Part shown: positions 17,881 through 26,281 of the stretch, in pieces
Layout of the letters: each line of letters starts with the position of its first letter
Numbering within the stretch: position 1 is the stretch's first letter
Origin: a virus
Lineage: Duplodnaviria; Caudoviricetes
DNA: 47,304 nucleotides
IMG/VR virus record: IMGVR_UViG_3300049828_000141
Span: 1 to 47,304 of that record
Direction: 5' to 3' (one strand)
The notes under the pieces: model-generated
Seen by the model: the letters and a program-made list of their open reading frames with translations, nothing else
What the model was told of the DNA's origin: nothing
The model's database searches: none
Position numbers and translations under genes: made by a program

Positions 17881-17907
17881 TAGTTAACCTCCGAAGGAGA
17901 TACTTCA

Positions 17908-18885
17908 ATGGCCCTAGGTACTAACCCACTGACTACTTATACTCAGGCGACGTTTATCCCTGAGCTTTGGTCAGATGAAATCGCGGCAAAGCAAAAGAGC
18001 AATCTTGTGCTTGCCAACCTCGTAATCAACATGGACCACACCGGCAAGTACGGTGACACGGTACACGTCCCATCCCCGAGCCGGTCGGCTGCTTCGCAGT
18101 TTACCCTATCGTCTGGTGGCGGTGACGGTAGCGAAGGTCAGGTAATCACGCCTACCCGCACGACTCCGTCAGAGTTCACCATCGCTATTAACCAGTGGTG
18201 GTACAACAGCAAGCAGATCCCGGATATCGTCGTAAAGCAGGCCCTGCCTTCTATGCGTCGATTCTACACCGACGATCTGAGCTACTCGCTAGCGGTTGCT
18301 GTGGACTCGTATCTGCACGGTACGATTGCTCCCAACCTCCGTAAGACCTCCACGAACCGCGACGGCTTCGTCTCGGGCGCGGACGGTTCAACGACTTGGA
18401 ACCCGTCAGCCAATACCAACACTGGTAACGGCGGCGACCTGACTGACGAAGGCATCCGCCGCGTCATGCAGACGCTTGACGATATCGACGTTCCGGGTAC
18501 GGATCGTTTCTGGGTAGTTCCGCCTGTCACGAAGCGTAAGCTTCTTGGCATCCCGCGCTACACGGAACAGGCGTTCGTCGGTGACGGCGGCGCAATCCGC
18601 ACTGGTTACGTTGGTAACCTATACGGCACTCCTGTGTACGTTAGCTCCAACTGCTCGTCCTTCCTTGCGACGGACGCATCTACGGCCTACCGTAGCTGCA
18701 TCTACGCACATAAGGATTCGATGATCCTTATCGAGCAGATGAAGCCTCGCGTACAGAGCCAGTACAAGCTGGAATACCTAAGCGACGTCCTCGTTGCTGA
18801 CGTGCTATTCGGCGGTGCTGTGGTCCGTACCGAAAACGACAAGCTGCTTGACCGCGGCGTTGGCGTAGTCGTACCGGCTGCCTAA
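17908..18885 (+). CDS. Major capsid protein (HK97 fold, P22/T7-like)
   Basis: AAGGAG RBS; FIPELWS and GDTVHVP motifs, G.LYG.PVYVS; 325 aa. Confidence 0.9.
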   Translation: MALGTNPLTTYTQATFIPELWSDEIAAKQKSNLVLANLVINMDHTGKYGDTVHVPSPSRSAASQFTLSSGGGDGSEGQVITPTRTTPSEFTIAINQWWYNSKQIPDIVVKQALPSMRRFYTDDLSYSLAVAVDSYLHGTIAPNLRKTSTNRDGFVSGADGSTTWNPSANTNTGNGGDLTDEGIRRVMQTLDDIDVPGTDRFWVVPPVTKRKLLGIPRYTEQAFVGDGGAIRTGYVGNLYGTPVYVSSNCSSFLATDASTAYRSCIYAHKDSMILIEQMKPRVQSQYKLEYLSDVLVADVLFGGAVVRTENDKLLDRGVGVVVPAA

Positions 18886-18893
18886 GTCGGCGC

Positions 18894-19498
18894 ATGAGTT
18901 TAGTCGATAGACAAACTCGTGTAACCATCTCCAGAAATGGAGGTGGTGGCTCTGTGGGGCCGACCGGACCTACGGGTCCGGCCGGTCCTACGGGTCCTAC
19001 AGGACCCACAGGCCCGCAAGGGCTACAAGGACTTACTGGCCCTACTGGCCCGGCAGGTCCTACAGGCGCCAACGGTACTAACGGAACAAACGGTACTAAT
19101 GGCGTAGACGGCAAGACCGTGTTAAACGGGACCGTCGATCCCACCACTCAAGGTGTGGACGGCGATTTCTCATTAACACAACCAGTGACACGATCTTCGG
19201 CCCAAAGACTGCCGGAGCTTGGGGAGCGGGCACAGCACTTGTCGGACCTACTGGACCAACGGGTCCGCAAGGCATCCAAGGTATAACGGGGCCGACTGGC
19301 CCGACTGGGCCGCAAGGCCTAACTGGTCCTACCGGCCCTACGGGACCGGCTGGTACTGGAGTTCCTGTTGGCGGAACGCTAGACCAAGTTCTAACAAAAG
19401 CCAGCGCAACAGATTATGACACGATATGGGCCACGCCGACCGGAGGCGGAGGCGGACTCAGTCACCCACAGGTATTAGCCAGAGGACTCGGTGCATAA
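18894..19498 (+). pseudogene. Collagen-like (GPT repeat) fibre gene interrupted by a 1-nt frameshift at about 19170
   Basis: Frame 1 reads ...GVDGDF. The -1 frame from 19172 continues [18 protein letters not shown]...GPTGPQG...[20 protein letters not shown] to TAA at 19496-19498, which overlaps the next ATG. Confidence 0.75.
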
Positions 19499-20361
19499 TG
19501 ATTGTACTTTCGGCTACTACAGATAACTTGCAAGTCGTGCTTAACGCAGCCCACACAACGGCTGCGCTACAGTGCGTAGCTGTTTGGCGGGACATAACCA
19601 CCACAGCGTACACGGCGGGCAGAACCCGCACTACTACGAACGGCACTACGGACGTCAACCTTGTCGCGGCCCCAGCCGCGTCGACACAGAGAGTAATCGA
19701 CTACATCTCTGTGTACAACTCAGACACAGGGGCCAAGACCGTAACAGTTAAGCTAGACGATAACGGCACAGAAGCCATTCTGTGGAAGGGCTCACTGGCA
19801 GTAGGCGAGAAGGTCGAGTACACGGATGCTAAGGGCTTCCAGCTATTTGACCTTAACGGCATCCAGAAAGTAACTAGCGTACAAGCGGGTGCTAGCTACA
19901 TAACAAATGCGCTTAACGTCGTGGCGCTGGCTGCCGATGTAACCAACAACAACGCTGTGGCTAACACGATTGCGGATGTTACGGGGCTTAGCTTTGCGGT
20001 AAATGCCAACGAAACATATTACTTCAAGTTCACTATCTTCTACACGGCTGCTGCCACTACCACCGGCTCTAGATGGTCAATCAATGGCCCGGCTGCTCCG
20101 ACGCTTCTAGCCTTCCAGTCGTCTAACCTCCTGACTGCGGCGGCCGGCACGGACGGCATGACGGTAAGCTACAACTCTGCTTATGACACCCCGGCCGCGT
20201 CTAACGCGACCAGCGCCCTCCTCGGCAACATCGCCATAGTCGAGGGCTTTGTTCGTCCCAGTGCTTCTGGCACGGTGATCGCTAGGTTTGCCTCAGAAGT
20301 AGCAAGCAGCGCTATCGTGGCTAAGGCCGGATCTATCTGCCAGTGGGTAAGGACACTTTAA
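19498..20361 (+). CDS. Virion structural (fibre/decoration) protein
   Basis: Start placed at the TAATG overlap at 19498 (MIVLSATTDNL...); Ala/Thr-rich beta protein with DVTGLSFAV..NETY.F. Confidence 0.6.
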   Translation: MIVLSATTDNLQVVLNAAHTTAALQCVAVWRDITTTAYTAGRTRTTTNGTTDVNLVAAPAASTQRVIDYISVYNSDTGAKTVTVKLDDNGTEAILWKGSLAVGEKVEYTDAKGFQLFDLNGIQKVTSVQAGASYITNALNVVALAADVTNNNAVANTIADVTGLSFAVNANETYYFKFTIFYTAAATTTGSRWSINGPAAPTLLAFQSSNLLTAAAGTDGMTVSYNSAYDTPAASNATSALLGNIAIVEGFVRPSASGTVIARFASEVASSAIVAKAGSICQWVRTL

Positions 20362-20362
20362 T

Positions 20363-21088
20363 ATGACATATCTTGAGCTAGTGAATGCTGTCCTTACTAG
20401 ACTGCGCGAGGACAACGTCAACTCGGTATCGGAGACTGACTACTCAAAGCTGGTCGGCGCGTTTGTCAACGACGCCAAGCGAGTAGTGGAAGATGCGTGG
20501 CCTTGGAGCCACCTACTTCGCCAAGTCAGCTTTACGCTCACCACGGGGTCCGCGGGATCGTACGATCTGGAAGACTACACTACGGTAGAAGCTGCCGAGC
20601 AGATCAACGAAAGAGCCCGACTGTTCGTAGACCCGCAGACTAACTGCACCATGGTCTACGCAGTAACGGACAACAAGGAACGTGAGCTAGAGGTAATCCC
20701 TCAGACCAAGTGGAAGGTGACTCGCGTAGCCGAAGCTACGGACGGCACTTCCGGGCAGGTCGAGGCAGTCATTACTGCAACCAATCCTACCGCTGTGTCT
20801 GGCAAGACCAAGCTAAGGTTCTACACCAGCCCGTCTATCGCGGACGAGGCTGAGACAATCCTTATGTACATCATCAACCCGCAGAACGCGTTGGTTGGTA
20901 ATGGTGAGGTTTTGCTTGTTCCATCAGATCCAGTTGTACAGCTGGCCTACCTGTACTGCCTATACGAGCGAGGCGAGGAACTAGGAGAGATGATGACGTT
21001 GACGGTCAACAAGTCCGAGTCGGCACTAGCCGATGCGATCATGTTCGATTCGTCCATGACTTCCGAAGTCGTAATGACGGCACCGTAA
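20363..21088 (+). CDS. Head-tail adaptor / tail tubular protein A-like
   Basis: MTYLELVNAVLTRLRE...VNDAKRVVEDAWPW N-terminus; gene position. Confidence 0.7.
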   Translation: MTYLELVNAVLTRLREDNVNSVSETDYSKLVGAFVNDAKRVVEDAWPWSHLLRQVSFTLTTGSAGSYDLEDYTTVEAAEQINERARLFVDPQTNCTMVYAVTDNKERELEVIPQTKWKVTRVAEATDGTSGQVEAVITATNPTAVSGKTKLRFYTSPSIADEAETILMYIINPQNALVGNGEVLLVPSDPVVQLAYLYCLYERGEELGEMMTLTVNKSESALADAIMFDSSMTSEVVMTAP

Positions 21089-21089
21089 T

Positions 21090-22625
21090 ATGGGCTCAGC
21101 ACCGCTACAAGCTCTGACGATTACCTCTCCGGGTATCTTCGGGCTGAACAAACAGAACGCTGGCTCCCTACTTCCGCCACAGTGGGCGACCGAAGCCCTG
21201 AACGCTGTGTTCGACAACAGCAACCGTATCTCTGCCCGCAAGGGGTGGCTATCACAAACTGTAACTCCTATCGGCGGGACGCCTGACATTAACGTACTGT
21301 TTGAATTCAACAACACTACGTCTGGCGTCAAGACCATTATCTCCGCCGGTAACAACGACATATTCTCCGGCGTTAGCGCCCCCGCTTCCGTAAAGGGCGC
21401 CTTGACAATCACTAGCAACGGGTGGCAATTTGTCAACTATAACAGCAAGGTCTACGGATTACAGGCGAGCCATCCTCTCATCGAATGGAATGGGACTGGT
21501 AACTTCGCAGCAACTACAGCAGCTTCCGGCTCTGTACCTAACGGCAACGCCATTCTCAGTGCTTTTGGACGACTTTGGGCCAGCACTTCTGACGGTCAAA
21601 CCGTTAAGTATTGCGGTCTACTTGACGGAACTAATTGGGGCAGTACCGGCTCTGGCTCCATTAACCTTACATCAGTTTGGGCCGATGGAGCCGACAGTAT
21701 CGTCGCCATTGCAGCTTTCAATTCCCTTCTAGTTGTATTCGGTTCCAAGAACATCATCCTGCTAGGCGATGGATCGGGCAGCTCGCTGGGCCTAGATCCA
21801 GCCAACATCTACGTCGTGGATATTATCTCTGGCGTAGGATGCGTGGCTAGGGACAGCGTACAGAACATCAATGGCGATGACCTAGCGTTTCTTGGCAGTA
21901 CGGGCGTGATGAGCTTACGCCGCGTGATCGAGCAGAAGGGCAACCCCCTGCGGGACCTGTCCAAGAACAACCGCGACTACGTCACGACTACGCTAGCTGC
22001 TAACGGTACTAGCACAGTCCGCTCTACCTTCAATCCACTTGAGGGCATGTATCTTCTGGCGCTGCCTACAGCCGGTAAAATCTTCTACTTCAACATGAAG
22101 ATGCCGATGGAAGATGATTCGTGGCGAATGACTGAGTGGGATTCGTTTGTGCCAAAGAGCTTGCTGACGCTAGCCGACGGCATGACAACTTACTCTGGAG
22201 CCGTTGGCAAGATCTTCAAGTACGAAGGTAAGCAGGACAACACGGCTGGGTTTGTGTATAAGTATCACTCTCCGTGGATTGCGTACCAGCCAGAGATTCA
22301 GGATACGATCAAGACGCTAAAGAGAATCGGTTCAGTCCAGAATGTATCTGGGCAACTTACGATTACCTATAAGTGGTTCCTTGACTTCCGAGATACCTTC
22401 TCCTCCGCTTCTAAGACCCTGAACTCTGGTGATACCGGAGGCGAGTGGGGCTTGGCTGAGTACGGATTATCTGAATTTGGCGGCACCTATGGACTTGTTG
22501 AGATGGAAGTGCCGGCAAAGAAATCGGGGCAGTTTGTTAAGTTGGGCGTAGAGACTACCGTCAATAACGCCGACATTAGCCTGCATCAACTACAACTGTT
22601 TGCTAAATTTGGACGACTTGTATAA
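21090..22625 (+). CDS. Tail nozzle / tubular protein B-like (beta-propeller)
   Basis: 511 aa with AFGRLW and GVGCVARDSV motifs; follows the adaptor. Confidence 0.7.
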   Translation: MGSAPLQALTITSPGIFGLNKQNAGSLLPPQWATEALNAVFDNSNRISARKGWLSQTVTPIGGTPDINVLFEFNNTTSGVKTIISAGNNDIFSGVSAPASVKGALTITSNGWQFVNYNSKVYGLQASHPLIEWNGTGNFAATTAASGSVPNGNAILSAFGRLWASTSDGQTVKYCGLLDGTNWGSTGSGSINLTSVWADGADSIVAIAAFNSLLVVFGSKNIILLGDGSGSSLGLDPANIYVVDIISGVGCVARDSVQNINGDDLAFLGSTGVMSLRRVIEQKGNPLRDLSKNNRDYVTTTLAANGTSTVRSTFNPLEGMYLLALPTAGKIFYFNMKMPMEDDSWRMTEWDSFVPKSLLTLADGMTTYSGAVGKIFKYEGKQDNTAGFVYKYHSPWIAYQPEIQDTIKTLKRIGSVQNVSGQLTITYKWFLDFRDTFSSASKTLNSGDTGGEWGLAEYGLSEFGGTYGLVEMEVPAKKSGQFVKLGVETTVNNADISLHQLQLFAKFGRLV

Positions 22626-23206
22626 TGACAAACTATGTTCAGATTACTTCCTTCTCGCCCAAAGATAGCTTGCTCACGGGCGAGCCTAACAAGAAGATTC
22701 TTGGCTCTCAGCTTGACGCTGAGTTCTCCGCTCTAGCTACGGCGGTTGCGTCTAAGCTTGAGACGGTGTCGCAGTCTTCTGTCACTGCACACCAAGCAGC
22801 TCTCAGTATCGCTGAGACGCAGATTCCAGACGGATCTATCTTAGCTAGGGTTGGGTCAAATGAAACGGTTACAGGTACTTGGACTTTCTCTACATTTCCA
22901 ACTTTTACTGGTCGCACAGTTTGGACCAATCTCAATGACGGTGCCGGTTCTGGTCTGGATGCTGACACGCTAGACGGAGCTAACAGCACTTACTACGAGA
23001 CTGCCACTAACCTGCTTTACGGCACGTTGCCAGCAGGCCGGATGCCGGCGCTCACTGGTGATGTAACTACATCTACAGGAGCCGTGGCCACTACAATCAA
23101 CGGCAAGTTCCTGCGCCACGGCGGTGCGTACACTTCAGGTACTGTCACAGTATCCGCCTCGGCTCCTTCAGGCGGTAACAACGGCGATATCTGGTTGGTG
23201 GTCTAA
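22625..23206 (+). CDS. Short tail fibre protein
   Basis: N-terminal anchor MTNY....F..KD.L; NDGAGSGLDADTLDG fibre motif; SAPSGGNNGDIW C-terminus. Confidence 0.7.
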   Translation: MTNYVQITSFSPKDSLLTGEPNKKILGSQLDAEFSALATAVASKLETVSQSSVTAHQAALSIAETQIPDGSILARVGSNETVTGTWTFSTFPTFTGRTVWTNLNDGAGSGLDADTLDGANSTYYETATNLLYGTLPAGRMPALTGDVTTSTGAVATTINGKFLRHGGAYTSGTVTVSASAPSGGNNGDIWLVV

Positions 23207-23715
23207 TGGCCAGTATTCAGGTAAAAGATGCCGGGACTTGGAAAACCGCTAGTCCGCAAGTTAAGGACGCCGGTACTTGGAAACAAGTTCAGCAGGGATG
23301 GGCGAAGGACGCCGGAACTTGGAAGCAATTTTATCTCAATGTGGCGGTAGCTTGCGCTGATATTAACGCCCAAAAAACATCCGTCACTCCAGCAAATGCC
23401 GTAGCTACTTTAACTATTCTTAACGACGGTACGTGGTCCGCCACCAACGGTTCTGGCACAAACACCGGAACTTGGCTTACGGCGGGTACAGTATCGCAAG
23501 TTGAAGTTTACTTTTCCGGTACGGGAGATACTCCGACAGGAAGCTCTCTGTCTACTTGGCTGTCTTGTTCTAGCACAAGAAGCTGGACGCTTACAAATAC
23601 CTCTGACGCCGTCGACTCGCTGGTGTTTTCTGGAACACTTCAGTTCAGAGACGCCTCTAGCTTGACTACGCTAGACACATCAGCTGCCACAATTACTGCC
23701 GCCGTTATTGAATAA
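23206..23715 (+). CDS. Tail fibre distal/tip protein
   Basis: Three KDAGTWK repeats at the N-terminus; coupled to the fibre gene. Confidence 0.55.
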   Translation: MASIQVKDAGTWKTASPQVKDAGTWKQVQQGWAKDAGTWKQFYLNVAVACADINAQKTSVTPANAVATLTILNDGTWSATNGSGTNTGTWLTAGTVSQVEVYFSGTGDTPTGSSLSTWLSCSSTRSWTLTNTSDAVDSLVFSGTLQFRDASSLTTLDTSAATITAAVIE

Positions 23716-23717
23716 GG

Positions 23718-23921
23718 ATGCCCACAGTGCATGATACAGAATTTATTGATTGGGTGATTAAGGGCATCCTAGCTGCCAGCTTTGCTGGCTGGGCGTTTAT
23801 CGTCAAATACTTTGGCGGTAAGTACATAGGCTCGCTCGAAGACATTCAGAAAGAACTGCAAGTAATACGCACAGACATTGCTGTCCTTAAGTCGCAGAAA
23901 GCCATTAGGGACGAGGAATAA
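23718..23921 (+). CDS. Small membrane protein with coiled coil
   Basis: One hydrophobic helix followed by LEDIQKELQVIRTDIAVLK. Confidence 0.55.
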   Translation: MPTVHDTEFIDWVIKGILAASFAGWAFIVKYFGGKYIGSLEDIQKELQVIRTDIAVLKSQKAIRDEE

Positions 23922-23924
23922 TAT

Positions 23925-24980
23925 ATGGGATTTCTTAGCGGTCTAGGCAATCTGTTTGGTATCGGGGGCGGCGGCACTGCCGTAAAGAACGACGCCAAGA
24001 GAGCGCGGTGGAATCCCCCGCAGCTATCTCTGCCCGGGTATTCTATGAATTACCAGCGGGGGAAGGGTCCTGCCGGAACGGACAGCGTAACCACGGGGTT
24101 TGACGCCAACAACCAAGCCCTGCGTAACGGCTTCTACGGCTTGGCTGGGCAAGGCATTAGCTCGTTGCTTCAGCCACAAGAAGACGTTGGCGGCTTTGGT
24201 GCGATTAGTCCAGAGCTGTACGCCGAGTTTGGTATGTCAAACCAGACCGGGATGCCCAACCAGTTCTACGACCAAGGCAACTTCAACGCGCTCCTACAGG
24301 GAGCCGGGCAAGCTGGCCAGAACTCGTGGGCTGAGTACAATAACCTTATGGCTAACGGCGGGGCCGGTAACTACGGCCACTGGCTCGACACCATGCGGCA
24401 GCAGGCGCAGCCCTACGAGGACAGGTTCCTACAAGGCGGCATGGACCAGCAGTTCCTTAAGGGCATCTTAGCGTCCACAGCCGGCCAGTATCAGACGCAA
24501 GGCATGATGGACAGCCTCAATACGGCTGACCTAAACCGTCAGCTATCGGCCTTCGGCATGAGCCAAGAGGCAGCCAATAACGCTCTCGGCCGCGCTCAAG
24601 GTGCGACCGGGGTGTTCAACGGCATGGAGCAGGACGCTACCAACAGGGGCTTCCTGCTCAATCAGCTACAGGGCTCACGGGCAGCGGACAGATTCCAGCG
24701 GGCTATGAGCTTGTTTGGCACTGGTCAGCAGGCCGGTCAGCAGAACTTCCAGAACGCAATGTCACAGCTCGGCGCTGGCGGCGGCGGCCTGAGCGCTCAG
24801 GATCAGCAGCTAATGGCAATGCTAGGGTTGCAGGGGCAGCTAGGCTCTGCACGTAGCGGAGCTAACCTTGGCGCAGGTCAGATGGCAACCAATTACAACA
24901 TGGGCCAGCAAGGTATGTGGGCAGGCATGATCGGTAATGCCATGAATGCTGCCGGCACCGCTATCGGAGGGTCGGGCTAA
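23925..24980 (+). CDS. DNA ejection/pilot protein
   Basis: Gly/Gln/Ala/Met-rich, MGFLSGLGNLFG N-terminus; first of three internal-protein genes. Confidence 0.65.
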   Translation: MGFLSGLGNLFGIGGGGTAVKNDAKRARWNPPQLSLPGYSMNYQRGKGPAGTDSVTTGFDANNQALRNGFYGLAGQGISSLLQPQEDVGGFGAISPELYAEFGMSNQTGMPNQFYDQGNFNALLQGAGQAGQNSWAEYNNLMANGGAGNYGHWLDTMRQQAQPYEDRFLQGGMDQQFLKGILASTAGQYQTQGMMDSLNTADLNRQLSAFGMSQEAANNALGRAQGATGVFNGMEQDATNRGFLLNQLQGSRAADRFQRAMSLFGTGQQAGQQNFQNAMSQLGAGGGGLSAQDQQLMAMLGLQGQLGSARSGANLGAGQMATNYNMGQQGMWAGMIGNAMNAAGTAIGGSG

Positions 24981-26281
24981 TGGGTATGTGGGACAAGACT
25001 CTGGCAGACCCAGAGCAGGATAAAATCGGTCTCCGTGACTTCTTGACGGCAATGATCCCAGTTGCCGGGCCTTTCATGTTCAAAGCCAAGAAAGACAAGA
25101 AGCAAGAGGAGTCGTACCAAAAGTGGCTCTCAGACAATATGGCTTACTCTGATCCATCAGAACTTGGAGATATGGGACAGCGCGTGCAGGAGCGTATGCT
25201 TAATCGCACGGGCGGAGAGCTGTCGACCCCCGGGCTTATGGCCGCTACGATGATGCAGCGCGAGGCGCAAGACCCCGGTAACATGGGTAACTTCGGTAAC
25301 GTAGCCATGCGTACGGCTACAGGGATGGCTGCTGCTGGACAAACTGGTGCAGGCGCCAATCTTGCTGCGCTGGCCCACAAGCAGTTCCAGACTCCGTGGA
25401 AGCCCTCCGAGGGCGGAGCGGACATTGAGAACTTCAAGCTACCAGACGGCACGGTAGTAGCCGCCACCACTCCACAAGAGAAAGTAGAGTTAATCAGGAA
25501 GGGCGGAGTAAAAGCCGGCGTTGCTTCTGGTGAAAAGGAAGTACCGTGGTCGTTTGCCTCTGGTGCTGAGCTTGGTCTACAAGGCCGAGAAGCTACTGGA
25601 TCATTCGCCATTCAGCGTAACCCTGACGGCACAATCAAGGAAGTTAAGTCCCTTGGCGGCATGAACGTGTCAGTAGGCGGGGCCTCGGTCATTACTCCTA
25701 CGGACGTAAGCGGTACTATCATCAACTTCGGCAACTCTATCAAGGGTGCCGGCGCTGCGGTGCAGGTCATCGACGACTTGACCAAGACCCTAGACGCTAA
25801 CCCCGGTGGCGGTATCACTGGCTGGTCCGGTGTTGCCACTGACTTCGTTGGTAAGGTGATGAACCTTGCTGAGTTCACTGCCCAAGACAAGGCTATTGGT
25901 GAGAAGTACGAAGCTGGGTTCAAGCGATTTGCCAGTAAATACTTCCCAACAGAAGATGCTGCGGTGGCGCAGGCACAGGTAATTGAGCTGGCCTACTCCC
26001 TTGCCCGTATCAACAACATGGGTACTTCGGGCGGGGGGCGCGGTATTACCGACGCCGACATGCAGTACGCACTGAAGCAGCTAGGCACCATGAGCAAGGT
26101 CTCAGACTTTAAATCTGTGCTAGAGTATCAGCGCAACAAGATCATCGGTAACTTGAAGCTAGACAAGGCCGTGACTGGTTCCGTCCTGAAGACGGCCGGG
26201 CACGACGAGAGCGTATTGCCGATGGACCTGTACAACCAGATCGTATCTCCGAAGGCCAAGAAGCCCCTGAGTGAGTATTAA
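24980..26281 (+). CDS. Internal virion (ejection) protein
   Basis: 433 aa, helical; position between pilot and large internal protein. Confidence 0.6.
   Translation: MGMWDKTLADPEQDKIGLRDFLTAMIPVAGPFMFKAKKDKKQEESYQKWLSDNMAYSDPSELGDMGQRVQERMLNRTGGELSTPGLMAATMMQREAQDPGNMGNFGNVAMRTATGMAAAGQTGAGANLAALAHKQFQTPWKPSEGGADIENFKLPDGTVVAATTPQEKVELIRKGGVKAGVASGEKEVPWSFASGAELGLQGREATGSFAIQRNPDGTIKEVKSLGGMNVSVGGASVITPTDVSGTIINFGNSIKGAGAAVQVIDDLTKTLDANPGGGITGWSGVATDFVGKVMNLAEFTAQDKAIGEKYEAGFKRFASKYFPTEDAAVAQAQVIELAYSLARINNMGTSGGGRGITDADMQYALKQLGTMSKVSDFKSVLEYQRNKIIGNLKLDKAVTGSVLKTAGHDESVLPMDLYNQIVSPKAKKPLSEY

Noticed and set aside
19160-19180. Programmed -1 ribosomal frameshift
   Set aside because: No canonical slippery heptamer; a single missing A restores a sensible DFYINT sequence.
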